Position numbers and translations under genes: made by a program. Shown piece after piece: positions 1 through 9,684 of a DNA stretch of 64,000 nucleotides. Source of the stretch: a virus (taxonomy: Duplodnaviria > Caudoviricetes); IMG/VR virus record IMGVR_UViG_3300020577_014401, positions 32,001 through 96,000 of that record, one strand, 5' to 3'. A model generated the notes under the pieces. That model did not search any database, was not told the origin of the DNA, and saw only the letters and a list, made by a program, of their open reading frames with translations. Position 1 is the first letter of the stretch. The number at the start of each line of letters is the position of its first letter.

Positions 1-1
1 C

Positions 2-604
2 ATCTACGACATTCTCCGTTCCGCCGGCATGGTGACGAATGAAGAAGTCGCCAGAGCTCTCGGCCAAGACGATGTGGACATCGTCGGCAGCCTCGCCGGG
101 TTCCTCGGGAATGCTTCTCTGGCTGGCCGGACTTCAAGGAACGCGTCGGTCATGGGTGGGCCTCTGGCGGTCGGTGTCGATCTGCCGGGAGCAATGCAAA
201 AGTCCGAACGGACCAGTTTGCTGCAAGGGCTCGACCAATCGATTCAGTCCACTCAACAGAAGCCTGAGACGCCCAGTCTGTTGCAGGGACTCAGCCAAGC
301 AATCCAGTCCACTCAACAGAAGCCTGAGACGCCCAGTCTGTTGCAGGGACTCAGTCAATCGATCCAGTCCGTTCAGCGGAAGAAGAACCCATTCCGAGAG
401 GGAATTGAAGCCGATAAACTTGGCAATGAGGGCGGTGCCGGCATGACTGGGGCCCTCCTCGAAGTCGGCAAGCGGGTGGCTAAGATCGCGGGCGGCAAGG
501 TTTCAAGTAATCAGAGTGGCCCTCTTCAGATCAGCATCGCCAAGCTGATCGTCAGCAGAGATGGAAGCGCTTCGCTGCAGAGCGAAGGATCTGCCAAGCC
601 TTGA
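2..604 (+). CDS. C-terminal part of a large tail-associated protein (possibly tape measure), 5'-partial
   Basis: Frame is open from the window edge; Gly/Ala/Gln/Ser-rich with 20-aa repeats; lies just upstream of baseplate-like genes. Confidence 0.4.
   Translation: MYDILRSAGMVTNEEVARALGQDDVDIVGSLAGFLGNASLAGRTSRNASVMGGPLAVGVDLPGAMQKSERTSLLQGLDQSIQSTQQKPETPSLLQGLSQAIQSTQQKPETPSLLQGLSQSIQSVQRKKNPFREGIEADKLGNEGGAGMTGALLEVGKRVAKIAGGKVSSNQSGPLQISIAKLIVSRDGSASLQSEGSAKP
213..370 (+). repeat. 60-bp tandem repeat (about 2.6 copies) encoding SLLQGLSQSIQSTQQKPETP
   Basis: Units start at 213, 273 and 333; bases 245-300 and 305-360 are nearly identical. Confidence 0.95.
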
Positions 605-616
605 AAGGAACCGACC

Positions 617-1183
617 ATTTATCTCTTCTCCAGCGAACCCGGTGTCGTCGGTGCCATGGTGACGGGCGGCGCCATGCCGTTCGCCATTTTCATCGGCGGT
701 AACGACGCAGTGCCGGCGTTCCCGGCCCCGTGGCTGTCCAAGGCGATCCTGACCGGGTACCGGGTCGCCAAGAAAGCCGGATTGGGGCTGAGCCACACAT
801 TGATGGAGCGGATCTACGCGCACATCTTCGGGGAGAAGGCCGGCGTCGCCATGGTCACCGGACTCGGATTCGCCGGGATGTGCAACACCCGAGGCGGGTA
901 CGTCGGCTTCGATGCAGTCCATGCCTACTTTGACGATGTGAACGCTTCAAACCAAGGGGCACCGGTCACACTGATCTTTGGACCGAGGACATCCATTTCC
1001 GGCATGATGACCGAGTTGGAATTCTCGGTCGACGATCCGTCCACCGGACTGGGCTCGTTCTCCTTCCAATTCCGGACGTTCCCTCGATCGAAACGGGCCT
1101 TGCCGTTCCTCAGCCTGTTGATCGACGACCAGATCCCGGAGATTCCTCCGGCTGAAGGTGATGCCGAATTGGTCGGGGGGTGA
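617..1183 (+). CDS. Hypothetical tail/baseplate-region protein (possible ATT start at 617; first ATG at 656)
   Basis: AAGGA SD at 605-609 precedes an in-frame ATT; stop overlaps the next start. Confidence 0.6.
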   Translation: MYLFSSEPGVVGAMVTGGAMPFAIFIGGNDAVPAFPAPWLSKAILTGYRVAKKAGLGLSHTLMERIYAHIFGEKAGVAMVTGLGFAGMCNTRGGYVGFDAVHAYFDDVNASNQGAPVTLIFGPRTSISGMMTELEFSVDDPSTGLGSFSFQFRTFPRSKRALPFLSLLIDDQIPEIPPAEGDAELVGG

Positions 1184-1686
1184 TGGAAATGGTCAACCAC
1201 GTTCGCACACTGCTGCTGAATTCGCCGAGCGCCAGCCCGCCTTACGCCGCCGGCGAAGAATACGTACCGATGGACTTCGTGCCGGCGGTTTTGCCGCAGT
1301 ACCTCCAAGACGTCCGATCGACGCTGTTCGGAGAGAACGCCGACCGGGCCTCTCTCAACTTGCAATTGGCCAGGTTGCTGTCGTGCCTGCATGCGTCTCC
1401 GCTCATGGACGATTTGACCGCGGATGACCCGAGGATCTCTTACAATCCGACCGAACCGGCTTACGACGCCGATCCTGAAGCGACTTCCCACAACATGTTC
1501 AGTGTCGCTTCGGCGGAGGGGGCGGATTTGAGCGGCGTCTTCAGGCGCGGAAGGTCGGCCGCGGAAACACGTTGGACGGACTGGTGGTTGGACTCGTCGG
1601 CGCCGGCGACACTTCGTGTCGGCGCTCTGGCTCTCGCCCTGGCGTCCAGGACGAAAGATGTCATCGACGGCACTTACGACGGATGA
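1180..1686 (+). CDS. Hypothetical virion-region protein
   Basis: ATGA overlap with upstream gene; codon usage like neighbours. Confidence 0.65.
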   Translation: MMEMVNHVRTLLLNSPSASPPYAAGEEYVPMDFVPAVLPQYLQDVRSTLFGENADRASLNLQLARLLSCLHASPLMDDLTADDPRISYNPTEPAYDADPEATSHNMFSVASAEGADLSGVFRRGRSAAETRWTDWWLDSSAPATLRVGALALALASRTKDVIDGTYDG

Positions 1687-1689
1687 TTC

Positions 1690-3930
1690 ATGGCCAGCGA
1701 ATGGTTCCGGGCGGTTCGAGTCAAGACATTCATCGGCATCCCGAGGAACGACCCGGGGCCGAGCGAGGGCACGTACGGATTGCCCGGCCTGGACCGGGTA
1801 CTCGACGAGGCCGGAGTCCTGTCGCAACTGAAGCCGCTGCTCGACCTCCACACGATTCCGGAACCGCTCCACGTTTCGTTGCGGGATCAAGGGTACAGCA
1901 ATCGGTTCGACACCCCGGAAATCCTGGTGATCGACGCGATGGCCGTGCAGACCGACGGCGGTCTGAATGAGATCCCTCGGGCGACGTGCATGGTGCCGAT
2001 CGGACGAGCGATCTCCGACCACGACGACAAACGTCCGTCGGTGCTCGCCGGAGACTCGGACGCCGATTCTGCGTCGATTCTTCAGGTCATTGAGAAGTAC
2101 CTGACCCGTCATGTCCCGGCGAAGATCTTCATCATTCCAAAGACGGTGTCCGCGGCCGGCGAAGGGGATCGTGCCGATAACATCGATTGGGCTGACGAGC
2201 CGATGGTGCTGTTCGACGGCATCGTGACCGGACCGAGCCACCAAGCCTCCGCTGAATCGAATCAGGGAGCCGCCGTTCTCCATCTTCTGCACTTCCTCGG
2301 CGGCCTGACATTCTCGTCGTCGCTGTCGGGACAGGTTTCGGCCGGCGGCACTTTGCCGGTCACCTACCAGATCGGAGTCTTCCCGAACGCCACGACCGGG
2401 GCTACGACGTCGTTCACCATATTCGGGGCCATCGCCGCGACGCTTGCGGGCGGGGAGGCCCTCTCCACTGACTTCTGGGGGTACCAGTTGCCGTCCCGGA
2501 CGAGGCCCGACGCCGACCCGACTCGGCCTCCTGTCACAGTCCCGGCGAGCACGGGCCTGAAAGGGATGCTCTGGCAGTTGGCGGACACGCCGTTGTTCAA
2601 CTGGCAAGTCGTCGGGACCTCGGATTTCGGAGGTTCGTTTTGCGGCGACAAACCGCCCAATTCCCTCAAGAACAACGGGGCCCTCGGCGCTCTCGGTCGA
2701 ATCGAGCCCCTGTGGCCGGAGTGGGGCAATCTCAATGTCGGCCCCGGAGGCGGGGTCAACGCCGGACCAGTTGTCGCCGGGGCTCTTTGGTCGTCGATGA
2801 AATCGGCGATTGAAGACGCAGCCGTTGTCGATTCGAACGCCGTCGATCGAAACGACATCATCACGAGAATGGACAACAACTTCTACTCGGTCGGCTACCG
2901 ATACGGTGTGCCGATCTCGTTCTATTTGTCCGGCGGCAACCAGCCTGTGAACGCGGCGACGACCGAGCAGGGCCGGGCATTCGCGTCCGACATCACCGGA
3001 GCTTCGTTCGAAACACTCAACTCGTCCTCGTTCTGGGAACTCTTGACCGGCCAGTACGCCGGTCGATACCAGATCGGCGTGATGCCGATGGCCGACCGGG
3101 CCGTCATCATTCCGCTCGCCCCTGTGCTGGAGGGGGCCTGGCAGTTCATCCGCGGCAGTGAGATCTTCACTTGGTCGGACGACATCCAGCTCCCCGTTCC
3201 CGTTCGCGGAGTGATGCTGGCTTCGAGCCGGATGAGCGGAACCGGAGTGTTGGTCGCCGGATTCAAACCGTTCGAAGCCGGCTACGACTCGTGTCAACAA
3301 GGCGTGTTCGTGACCAAGGAGATGCCGCCTTGGTTGCTGAGCACCCGATCGGCGCCGGCGACGACATCCGGGGACACCGTGCAGTTCGGTCCCAAGAATG
3401 TGGTGGGGGCACCGTGGGCAATGGGGCCGGCGTCGGCCGCCATCCTCGGCGGTGCGGCCGCGTCGTTGAAAATCGGAAACCCCGGGCCGGAAGAGAAGTC
3501 GACGGCCGCCCGGCTCGCCAAGTCCATGTGGCAGCAGGAGCGACTGAGGTACCGATCGATCTACGTGACCGGTCGGTTCAGGGTCGACATCGCCCCCGGT
3601 TCGACGGTAATCGCGGATCTGCCGATGGACAAGCACACCCGGCAGGCTCTTGGTCCGAACGGGCCACTCGGGTCCATCGCCGACCAAACGGTCCAGGGTC
3701 TGGTGCTCCGCGTCACGCACTCCATCGATGAGGAGGGCGAGTCCATGTCGACCTCCTTCCAAATCGGGTTCCCTCGGTTGGAGTCCGAGACCGCTCCCGG
3801 TCAACCGCTGCACGCCAACATTCATCCGTACTGGCGAACCGCTTGCTTCGGAGCGCCGTGGTGCGACTCGACATGGATTCGGGAACGGTTGGGGGCCGCG
3901 GCCAGCCTGGCTGAACTTGATCTCTTCTGA
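1690..3930 (+). CDS. Putative baseplate hub / tail protein
   Basis: 746 aa; C-terminal 'VTGRFRVDIAPGSTV...VLRVTHSI' resembles hub-protein C-termini; baseplate context. Confidence 0.45.
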   Translation: MASEWFRAVRVKTFIGIPRNDPGPSEGTYGLPGLDRVLDEAGVLSQLKPLLDLHTIPEPLHVSLRDQGYSNRFDTPEILVIDAMAVQTDGGLNEIPRATCMVPIGRAISDHDDKRPSVLAGDSDADSASILQVIEKYLTRHVPAKIFIIPKTVSAAGEGDRADNIDWADEPMVLFDGIVTGPSHQASAESNQGAAVLHLLHFLGGLTFSSSLSGQVSAGGTLPVTYQIGVFPNATTGATTSFTIFGAIAATLAGGEALSTDFWGYQLPSRTRPDADPTRPPVTVPASTGLKGMLWQLADTPLFNWQVVGTSDFGGSFCGDKPPNSLKNNGALGALGRIEPLWPEWGNLNVGPGGGVNAGPVVAGALWSSMKSAIEDAAVVDSNAVDRNDIITRMDNNFYSVGYRYGVPISFYLSGGNQPVNAATTEQGRAFASDITGASFETLNSSSFWELLTGQYAGRYQIGVMPMADRAVIIPLAPVLEGAWQFIRGSEIFTWSDDIQLPVPVRGVMLASSRMSGTGVLVAGFKPFEAGYDSCQQGVFVTKEMPPWLLSTRSAPATTSGDTVQFGPKNVVGAPWAMGPASAAILGGAAASLKIGNPGPEEKSTAARLAKSMWQQERLRYRSIYVTGRFRVDIAPGSTVIADLPMDKHTRQALGPNGPLGSIADQTVQGLVLRVTHSIDEEGESMSTSFQIGFPRLESETAPGQPLHANIHPYWRTACFGAPWCDSTWIRERLGAAASLAELDLF

Positions 3931-3960
3931 AAACCGACGAAACAGGTTAGACTCGTCGTC

Positions 3961-4776
3961 ATGCCATCGGCGTCCTCGACCACCTACCCGTTCAACCCCT
4001 CCGGGACGACTCCGGCCGCCCCCGAGGTCGATCCGTGGAAATCTCCGGGTCAGGGGCAGACCCTGCTGGAGGACAAGTACGCCGAGCCGTATCAGGCCTA
4101 CAAACAGAACCCGAGCCTGGAAACGTCCGGTCCGCTCCTGAAGGCCATCGAACCCATCATCAACGAATCGTTGAGGTCGTACGCCGGTACCGAAGCGCAG
4201 ACCGGGACCGCGCGGGCGAGGGCCAAGGTGCTCGCCCTCGATGCGATCAACAGGTACGATCCTCAACGAGCCAAGCTGAGGACGCACCTCCTCAGCCATC
4301 TTCGAGGGCTCCGCCGCGTCACGGAGCGATCGACGGCCGGAGTGTACGTCCCCGAGCAGTGGAGGATCGATTCGCGAAGGGTCGATGCCGCTCTCAACGA
4401 TGCGAGAGACGAGCTGGGCAGGGAGCCGTCCGACGCCGAGTTGGCCGAACGGGCCGGCATCTCGATCGAACGGATTCGGAAGGCCAGGCAGGTGCCCGGC
4501 GTGTTGTCCGGCAGCCAGTTCGAAGGCGCGATCGAAATGTCGAACCCGAGTGAGAAAGCTTGGAACTCGTGGGTGGAAGGCATCTATCACGACTCCGACC
4601 CCAAGGACCAGGTGATCCTCGAATACTCGTTGGGCTTGCACGGGAAGCCGGTGCTTCAGGCCAACGAAGTGGCCGCCATGCTGAAGTTGTCGCCCGGGGC
4701 GGTTTCGCAACGAAAAGCCAGACTGCAGAACGCTCTGGATGAGTTCGAGCTGTTCATGAGGGGTCGAGGCCGATGA
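3961..4776 (+). CDS. Phage RNA polymerase sigma factor (sigma-70 family, FliA/SigB-like)
   Basis: Region 2-like 'AINRYDPQRAKLRTHL', region 3-like 'LGREPSDAELAERAGISIERIRK', region 4 HTH 'NEVAAMLKLSPGAVSQRKAR'. Confidence 0.85.
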   Translation: MPSASSTTYPFNPSGTTPAAPEVDPWKSPGQGQTLLEDKYAEPYQAYKQNPSLETSGPLLKAIEPIINESLRSYAGTEAQTGTARARAKVLALDAINRYDPQRAKLRTHLLSHLRGLRRVTERSTAGVYVPEQWRIDSRRVDAALNDARDELGREPSDAELAERAGISIERIRKARQVPGVLSGSQFEGAIEMSNPSEKAWNSWVEGIYHDSDPKDQVILEYSLGLHGKPVLQANEVAAMLKLSPGAVSQRKARLQNALDEFELFMRGRGR

Positions 4777-4852
4777 TGCGAACCCGTCGGACGTTGTGGC
4801 GGCTACGCCGTCTCTGTACGATGAGCCAAGTCCTTCAAAGGAAACAACTTCG

Positions 4853-5347
4853 ATGCCGACTGACGCGTTCTATGTCCATCTCGACGCGGTGATCGAGCAG
4901 GCCCGCCTGCAAGGGGCGGCTGCGTGCGTCCCGGGCGCCGTCAAACGACCGTGGAACATTCCGGCAGCGGCCCCACTGGACGGGACTGACATCGAGTCGG
5001 CCTCTTTCGCCAAACGAGCCTGCGATCGCAACGATCTCAACTCCAAGGCCATCAGCGCTTACGAATCCGGGAAAGACCCGAACTCTGGGCGGCTCGGCCA
5101 GGTGATGGCGTACAAGAAAGCCATCGACTACCAGGCCGCATACGAACGGGCGTTCATCGCTCGACACGCATCCGCAGTCCGCCGACGGGTGTGGGCGATG
5201 GCCCGCCGAACCGGGCACGGAAGCAAGACTTACGGTGTGTTCGGAGCTGTTCGAAACGAGCTCGACGCATTCATCGGCGAAGCTCAATCGGTCGACAACG
5301 CGCCGCGCGGATCGTTGGCCAGCGACCACCTCATCGGGCTTTCGTAA
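4853..5347 (+). CDS. Hypothetical protein
   Basis: AAAGGAAA SD before ATG 4853; TAATG coupling to next gene. Confidence 0.6.
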   Translation: MPTDAFYVHLDAVIEQARLQGAAACVPGAVKRPWNIPAAAPLDGTDIESASFAKRACDRNDLNSKAISAYESGKDPNSGRLGQVMAYKKAIDYQAAYERAFIARHASAVRRRVWAMARRTGHGSKTYGVFGAVRNELDAFIGEAQSVDNAPRGSLASDHLIGLS

Positions 5348-5787
5348 TGGCGACCCCGGCCCCGATCAATCCGTCGAAAAGCGACATCGCCCTGCTCGGC
5401 GATGGCAGCTTCACGTTCGACCCGGATTCGTTCGGGCCGTTCGGCGTCCGCGGTGCGGACAAGGTCGCGCAGCGATTCCTCTACGCTCTGTTCACTCCGG
5501 CAGGATCTGTCGCCGGCCGACCGAAAGACGGCACCGATTTTCTAAGGATGATCTCGTCGTTCGCGTCGGAATTCGATGTGTTCGCTGCATTTGCTTCATG
5601 CGAGCCGAAAGCCGTGACGACGGTGAAATCGTACGAATCGACCACCGACCCGGCTGCTGACCGGATCGACGGAGCCGCCTTGGCGGCGATGGAGCTCACG
5701 GCAGGTCTGTTGACGCTGACGTTCAAGGTCGCGACGATGGATGCCTCGCAACCGACCCAGGTCATCGACTACACGCTGGAAGCCTGA
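5347..5787 (+). CDS. Baseplate wedge subunit (gp25/GPW-like)
   Basis: 'KVAQRFLYALFTPAGSVAGRPKDGTDF' fits the gp25-like LxTxxGS...PxxG pattern; directly upstream of baseplate J. Confidence 0.65.
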   Translation: MATPAPINPSKSDIALLGDGSFTFDPDSFGPFGVRGADKVAQRFLYALFTPAGSVAGRPKDGTDFLRMISSFASEFDVFAAFASCEPKAVTTVKSYESTTDPAADRIDGAALAAMELTAGLLTLTFKVATMDASQPTQVIDYTLEA

Positions 5788-7412
5788 TGCCGACCACCGC
5801 CGCCGATCTCGCCGGAGCGACCGACAGCCAGATCCTGGCTGCGCGGAACGCCCTCATCGCGTACCTCCAGGAACGGTGGCCGAACCTCGCCATTCGCGGT
5901 GGCCCGCTCGCCGATCTTGTCCTCGGACCATCCGGGAACGCGTTGGCGGCGGTCGATGTGATCGCCGCCGAAGCGGCGCTGTCGTACAACCCCGAAGAAG
6001 CGTTGGCCCAGGGGGGCTACAACTCGACCATCCTCGATTCCGTTCTCGCCGGGCGAGGTGTGCAGAGAACCCAAGCGGCGGCCGCTTCCGGGTCGGCGGG
6101 CATCCGCCTCACGAGTTCGACAACCCGGTCGTTCCCGGCCGGGTTCAAGTTCCAGACCGCCGACGGAGTCGAGTTCGCAACCAGTCAGTCGACCCGCCTC
6201 CTCGCACCCGGCTCGACCGCCGTGCTCGCCAACGATTACGTCTTGGTGGCGGACGCTGAAGGCGAGACGTTTCTGGCGGTGGTGGCGATCAGCTGCCGGA
6301 CGACCGGGTTGTCCGGGAATCGGGCCGCCGGGACGACGCTTGAAGCTGTCGACACGTTCGATTCGCTTGATTCCGCGTGGATCGCTGTCGACACGGCTGG
6401 CGGGTTGGACGAGGAGACCGACGCTGAGCTGCTCGCAAGACTGCCGGCCGCCTCGGCGCCCAGGACCGCGGCGTCGATCGCCGGTGCCGAAGGTCTGATC
6501 CGAGATGCGATCCCGGCCGCCTCCACTCTGTCATCGATCAAGTTCGGTGACCCGGAGATGGTCCGGGGGCGATCCGTTCTGTCGACTCAAACCCCCGGCC
6601 GATTCGACGTCCGGTTCCGCACCGAGTCGTCGCCGAGCCGGGAAGGCACGACAGTCGAAGCCGAGCTCATCAGCATCGACCCGGAAGACATCGGAACTTG
6701 GAGGTTCACGCTCACTCGGGATATCTCTCCGGGGCGATTCCTCGTTGAAAAGATCCTGAGAACCGACCAGGGTGTCACTGAAGCCGGCATCAACCCGACA
6801 GTGACCCCGGGGTTCGACCTGTCCGACATCGACGATCCGCCGGACATCCGGTCGGTCGCCGACGCGGCGCTCACGCGGTACGCCACCGCCCTTGTGACAT
6901 TTGCGGATCCTTCGACCTCCACGACCGGTTTGGAAGTGGGGGACATGAAGGATTACCAGGTGGTTTGCCGCCTGATCGCCGGGGTTGAAGACGGCCAGGC
7001 CGCGGTCGATGTCGCCGATGCGAAGGCCGCCGGCGGCGACTGCCTGGTCCGGACCGCGGTGCCGTGTCTGGTGTCGGTGACCGCCGCCGCCACACCGGCG
7101 GCGGGCGTGTCCGTCACCGTGGCGGAAGTGCGAGCGGCCGTGGCTCAGGCGATCAACTCGGCGGCGAAGATCGATAGCCGGCTATTGGCTTCGCAAGTCG
7201 CAGCCGAAGCGGCCGTGATCCTTCCGAAGGGAACAGCGTTGCTGCTTTCCAATTGGTCGGGTACCATCTATCCCAACGATGGCGATGATCCGGTGATGGC
7301 GACGGCCGACCAACTCGGACTGACGGTCGCCGACAACCTGCCAAGGAACATCAGCGCCGCCACGGTCGCTTACTACTGCGACCCGGAATCCGTCACTGCA
7401 TCCGTCTCGTGA
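5787..7412 (+). CDS. Baseplate J-like protein
   Basis: 'GVQRTQAAAASG', 'FPAGFKFQTADGVEFAT', 'TTGLSGN', 'GGLDEETDAELLARL' are typical baseplate J motifs. Confidence 0.85.
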   Translation: MPTTAADLAGATDSQILAARNALIAYLQERWPNLAIRGGPLADLVLGPSGNALAAVDVIAAEAALSYNPEEALAQGGYNSTILDSVLAGRGVQRTQAAAASGSAGIRLTSSTTRSFPAGFKFQTADGVEFATSQSTRLLAPGSTAVLANDYVLVADAEGETFLAVVAISCRTTGLSGNRAAGTTLEAVDTFDSLDSAWIAVDTAGGLDEETDAELLARLPAASAPRTAASIAGAEGLIRDAIPAASTLSSIKFGDPEMVRGRSVLSTQTPGRFDVRFRTESSPSREGTTVEAELISIDPEDIGTWRFTLTRDISPGRFLVEKILRTDQGVTEAGINPTVTPGFDLSDIDDPPDIRSVADAALTRYATALVTFADPSTSTTGLEVGDMKDYQVVCRLIAGVEDGQAAVDVADAKAAGGDCLVRTAVPCLVSVTAAATPAAGVSVTVAEVRAAVAQAINSAAKIDSRLLASQVAAEAAVILPKGTALLLSNWSGTIYPNDGDDPVMATADQLGLTVADNLPRNISAATVAYYCDPESVTASVS

Positions 7413-7431
7413 CACCACGGGGAACAACTTC

Positions 7432-8274
7432 ATGATTCGCGCTTTCTCTTGGATCTTGTTCGCGGCGCTGGCCATCGCCAGTTGCCAGGTGCAATCCGCC
7501 GATCCGTTGCCGACGCCCAAGTCGACGGTCAAGTTCCCGGTTCTCCCGGTGAAGCCGGTCGACGACAAGAAGGCCGAGCCGACGACTCCGCCGGCCAATG
7601 ACATCCCGGTTCTCGACGAGGGCGTCTACTACGTCATCCACGACGACGCCCCGTTCATCACGTACGCATCGCCGGCGAATTTGGTCCACATCACCAAGAC
7701 GACCGGGCCGGTCAAACTGCTCGGCAAGTTCATCGACGGCACCGGCGACTTCGAAGAGAAGGAGTACAAGTCGAAGAACGTCACAATCATCCGTGCCAAG
7801 GCTCAAGGCCGGGTCGAGCTGATCGTCAACGCCGTCGGAGCTGTCGACGAGTCGACCGCCCAGCGGAAGTTGATCGACGTGATCTCTGGTCAAGGGCCGA
7901 TCCCGCCGCCCAAGCCGGTGGTGCCGGTGACGCCGACGGAAGTGAAGTCGTTCCGGGTGATCTTCGTGATCGAATCGGGCTCGACTCCGACCGCCGCCCA
8001 GCTCGGCGTGTCCGACGCGAAGCTGGTTCGCGACTACCTGACTGCGAAATGCACCAAGGAGGGCGAATGGCCGGGCTGGCGCCGGTACGACCCGGACGCC
8101 GATGTGACCAACGAGCAGCCGACGATGAAGGCGTTGTGGGAGGCTGTGAAGCCGAAGATCACTTCGACCCCTTGCCTGGTTGTCGAGACCAACGGGAAAG
8201 TCGACATTCTTCCATACCCGAAAAACTCAGTCGAGAGTCTGTCGTTGCTCAAGAAATATGCGGAGGGCAAATGA
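7432..8274 (+). CDS. Exported protein with signal peptide and Pro-rich linker
   Basis: N-terminus MIRAFSWILFAALAIASCQVQSA; 'GPIPPPKPVVPVTP' linker. Confidence 0.7.
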   Translation: MIRAFSWILFAALAIASCQVQSADPLPTPKSTVKFPVLPVKPVDDKKAEPTTPPANDIPVLDEGVYYVIHDDAPFITYASPANLVHITKTTGPVKLLGKFIDGTGDFEEKEYKSKNVTIIRAKAQGRVELIVNAVGAVDESTAQRKLIDVISGQGPIPPPKPVVPVTPTEVKSFRVIFVIESGSTPTAAQLGVSDAKLVRDYLTAKCTKEGEWPGWRRYDPDADVTNEQPTMKALWEAVKPKITSTPCLVVETNGKVDILPYPKNSVESLSLLKKYAEGK

Positions 8275-8837
8275 CTTCGGTGATCCAGTCCAACCAAAAC
8301 GATCATCTTCTGCGTCGTCTGTGGCGGCAAATCGCCATTGATGGCCAAAGTGGCTGTTGGGTGTGGACTGGAACAATATCCACAGACCACATGCACTACG
8401 GCCAGGTCAGTGTCAATAACCGAGCACAGAAAGTTCATCGGTTGATGTACACACTGATGGTCGGCCCCATCCCGACCGGGCTCTGTGTTCTTCACAAATG
8501 CGACAACCCGCCATGCTGCAATCCTGGTCATTTGTTTACTGGGACGAACGAAGACAACACAAATGATCGCCACAGAAAAGGCAGATCTGCCCGAGGATTG
8601 GCGAGTGGTCGGCATACAAAACCGGAGCGGACAGCGAGAGGGAGTAGGAACGGTCGTTCGAAGCTGACAGAATCGAAAGTGGCGACGATCCGCGATCGCT
8701 ACGCGACCGGTAACGTATTCCTGAAAACTCTCGCCAAAGAGTACAATGTTTCGACTCAAGTTGTGTGGAGGATTGTTCGGGGTATCAGTTGGAAAACCTT
8801 CGAAGACAAGACTTCACCCACTAAAAGGACTCAGTGA
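8271..8837 (+). CDS. HNH homing endonuclease (HNH_3-like) with C-terminal HTH
   Basis: 'GCWVWTG', 'VHRLMY', 'VLHKCDNPPCCNPGHLFTGTNEDNTND', 'SKLTESKV'; visibly lower GC than flanks. Confidence 0.9.
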   Translation: MTSVIQSNQNDHLLRRLWRQIAIDGQSGCWVWTGTISTDHMHYGQVSVNNRAQKVHRLMYTLMVGPIPTGLCVLHKCDNPPCCNPGHLFTGTNEDNTNDRHRKGRSARGLASGRHTKPERTARGSRNGRSKLTESKVATIRDRYATGNVFLKTLAKEYNVSTQVVWRIVRGISWKTFEDKTSPTKRTQ

Positions 8838-8840
8838 ATC

Positions 8841-9674
8841 ATGGCCATCGAACTCTACCGCGGGAAAATTCCGATCATTCGCCGTTCCCTGAACGACGGA
8901 TTCATCCGCGGCACGCCGGACGACCTCCCGAGCACCGGCTGCGTCGAACGCGACTACGACATCGACCCGGTCGCGATGGGTGACTCGCCGGCGGCGATGA
9001 AGCTTGTCGAAGACAGCGAGCTGGACGCCATCTTCGACGAACAGGAAGCGCAGGAATCCTCTCTCGAGCACATGTACGTGCGAGATGGAAGTCCGGCGTT
9101 CGAGTTCCTCGACCAGAACGGATTCCCCGACTGCTGGTTCCACTCGACGGCCCACGCCCTGATGGTCGACCGGATGAAGCAGGGGCTCCCTCCGGTCCGG
9201 TTCAACGCCGTGGCCGGCGCCACGCTGCTCAACCAGACCAACGGCGGCTGGTGCGGCCTGTCGATGAAGTTCATCCGCGAGAAGGGCTGCCCGGTCATCG
9301 GCAGCGGCCCCGGCGAGTGGCCGTACCACACCCGCAGCAACCACGACTCGCCCGAACTCCGGGCGAACATGGCCAAGTACAAGTCGCTCGAGGACTGGTA
9401 CGACTTGGGCCGTCGTGAATGGGACCAGAAGCTGTCGCAGCGACAGCTCCGCACGCTCGGGTGCGGCAACATCCCCGTTCCGACGGATTACAACAAGTAC
9501 GGCCACAGCATGCTCATGATCCGCCTGGTGCGGATCGAGAAGGGCCACTGGGGCCGTCTCACGCTGAACTCCTGGAAGGGGTTCGGCTACCTGGGCCTCT
9601 GCGTGATCCCGGAGACGACGGCCGACGTCAACAACGCCGTCGCCCTCAGGGTGAGTTCGTCCACCTACAAGTGA
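8841..9674 (+). CDS. Papain-like (C1-type) cysteine peptidase
   Basis: 'DQNGFPDCW' (oxyanion Gln and catalytic Cys), 'YGHSM' (His), 'LNSWKGFG' (Asn). Confidence 0.75.
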   Translation: MAIELYRGKIPIIRRSLNDGFIRGTPDDLPSTGCVERDYDIDPVAMGDSPAAMKLVEDSELDAIFDEQEAQESSLEHMYVRDGSPAFEFLDQNGFPDCWFHSTAHALMVDRMKQGLPPVRFNAVAGATLLNQTNGGWCGLSMKFIREKGCPVIGSGPGEWPYHTRSNHDSPELRANMAKYKSLEDWYDLGRREWDQKLSQRQLRTLGCGNIPVPTDYNKYGHSMLMIRLVRIEKGHWGRLTLNSWKGFGYLGLCVIPETTADVNNAVALRVSSSTYK

Positions 9675-9684
9675 GGTCGTCGCC

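Noticed and set aside
925-4710. 1261-aa reverse-strand ORF
   Set aside because: Antisense shadow of well-formed plus-strand genes in GC-rich DNA; Arg/Gly-rich with no motifs
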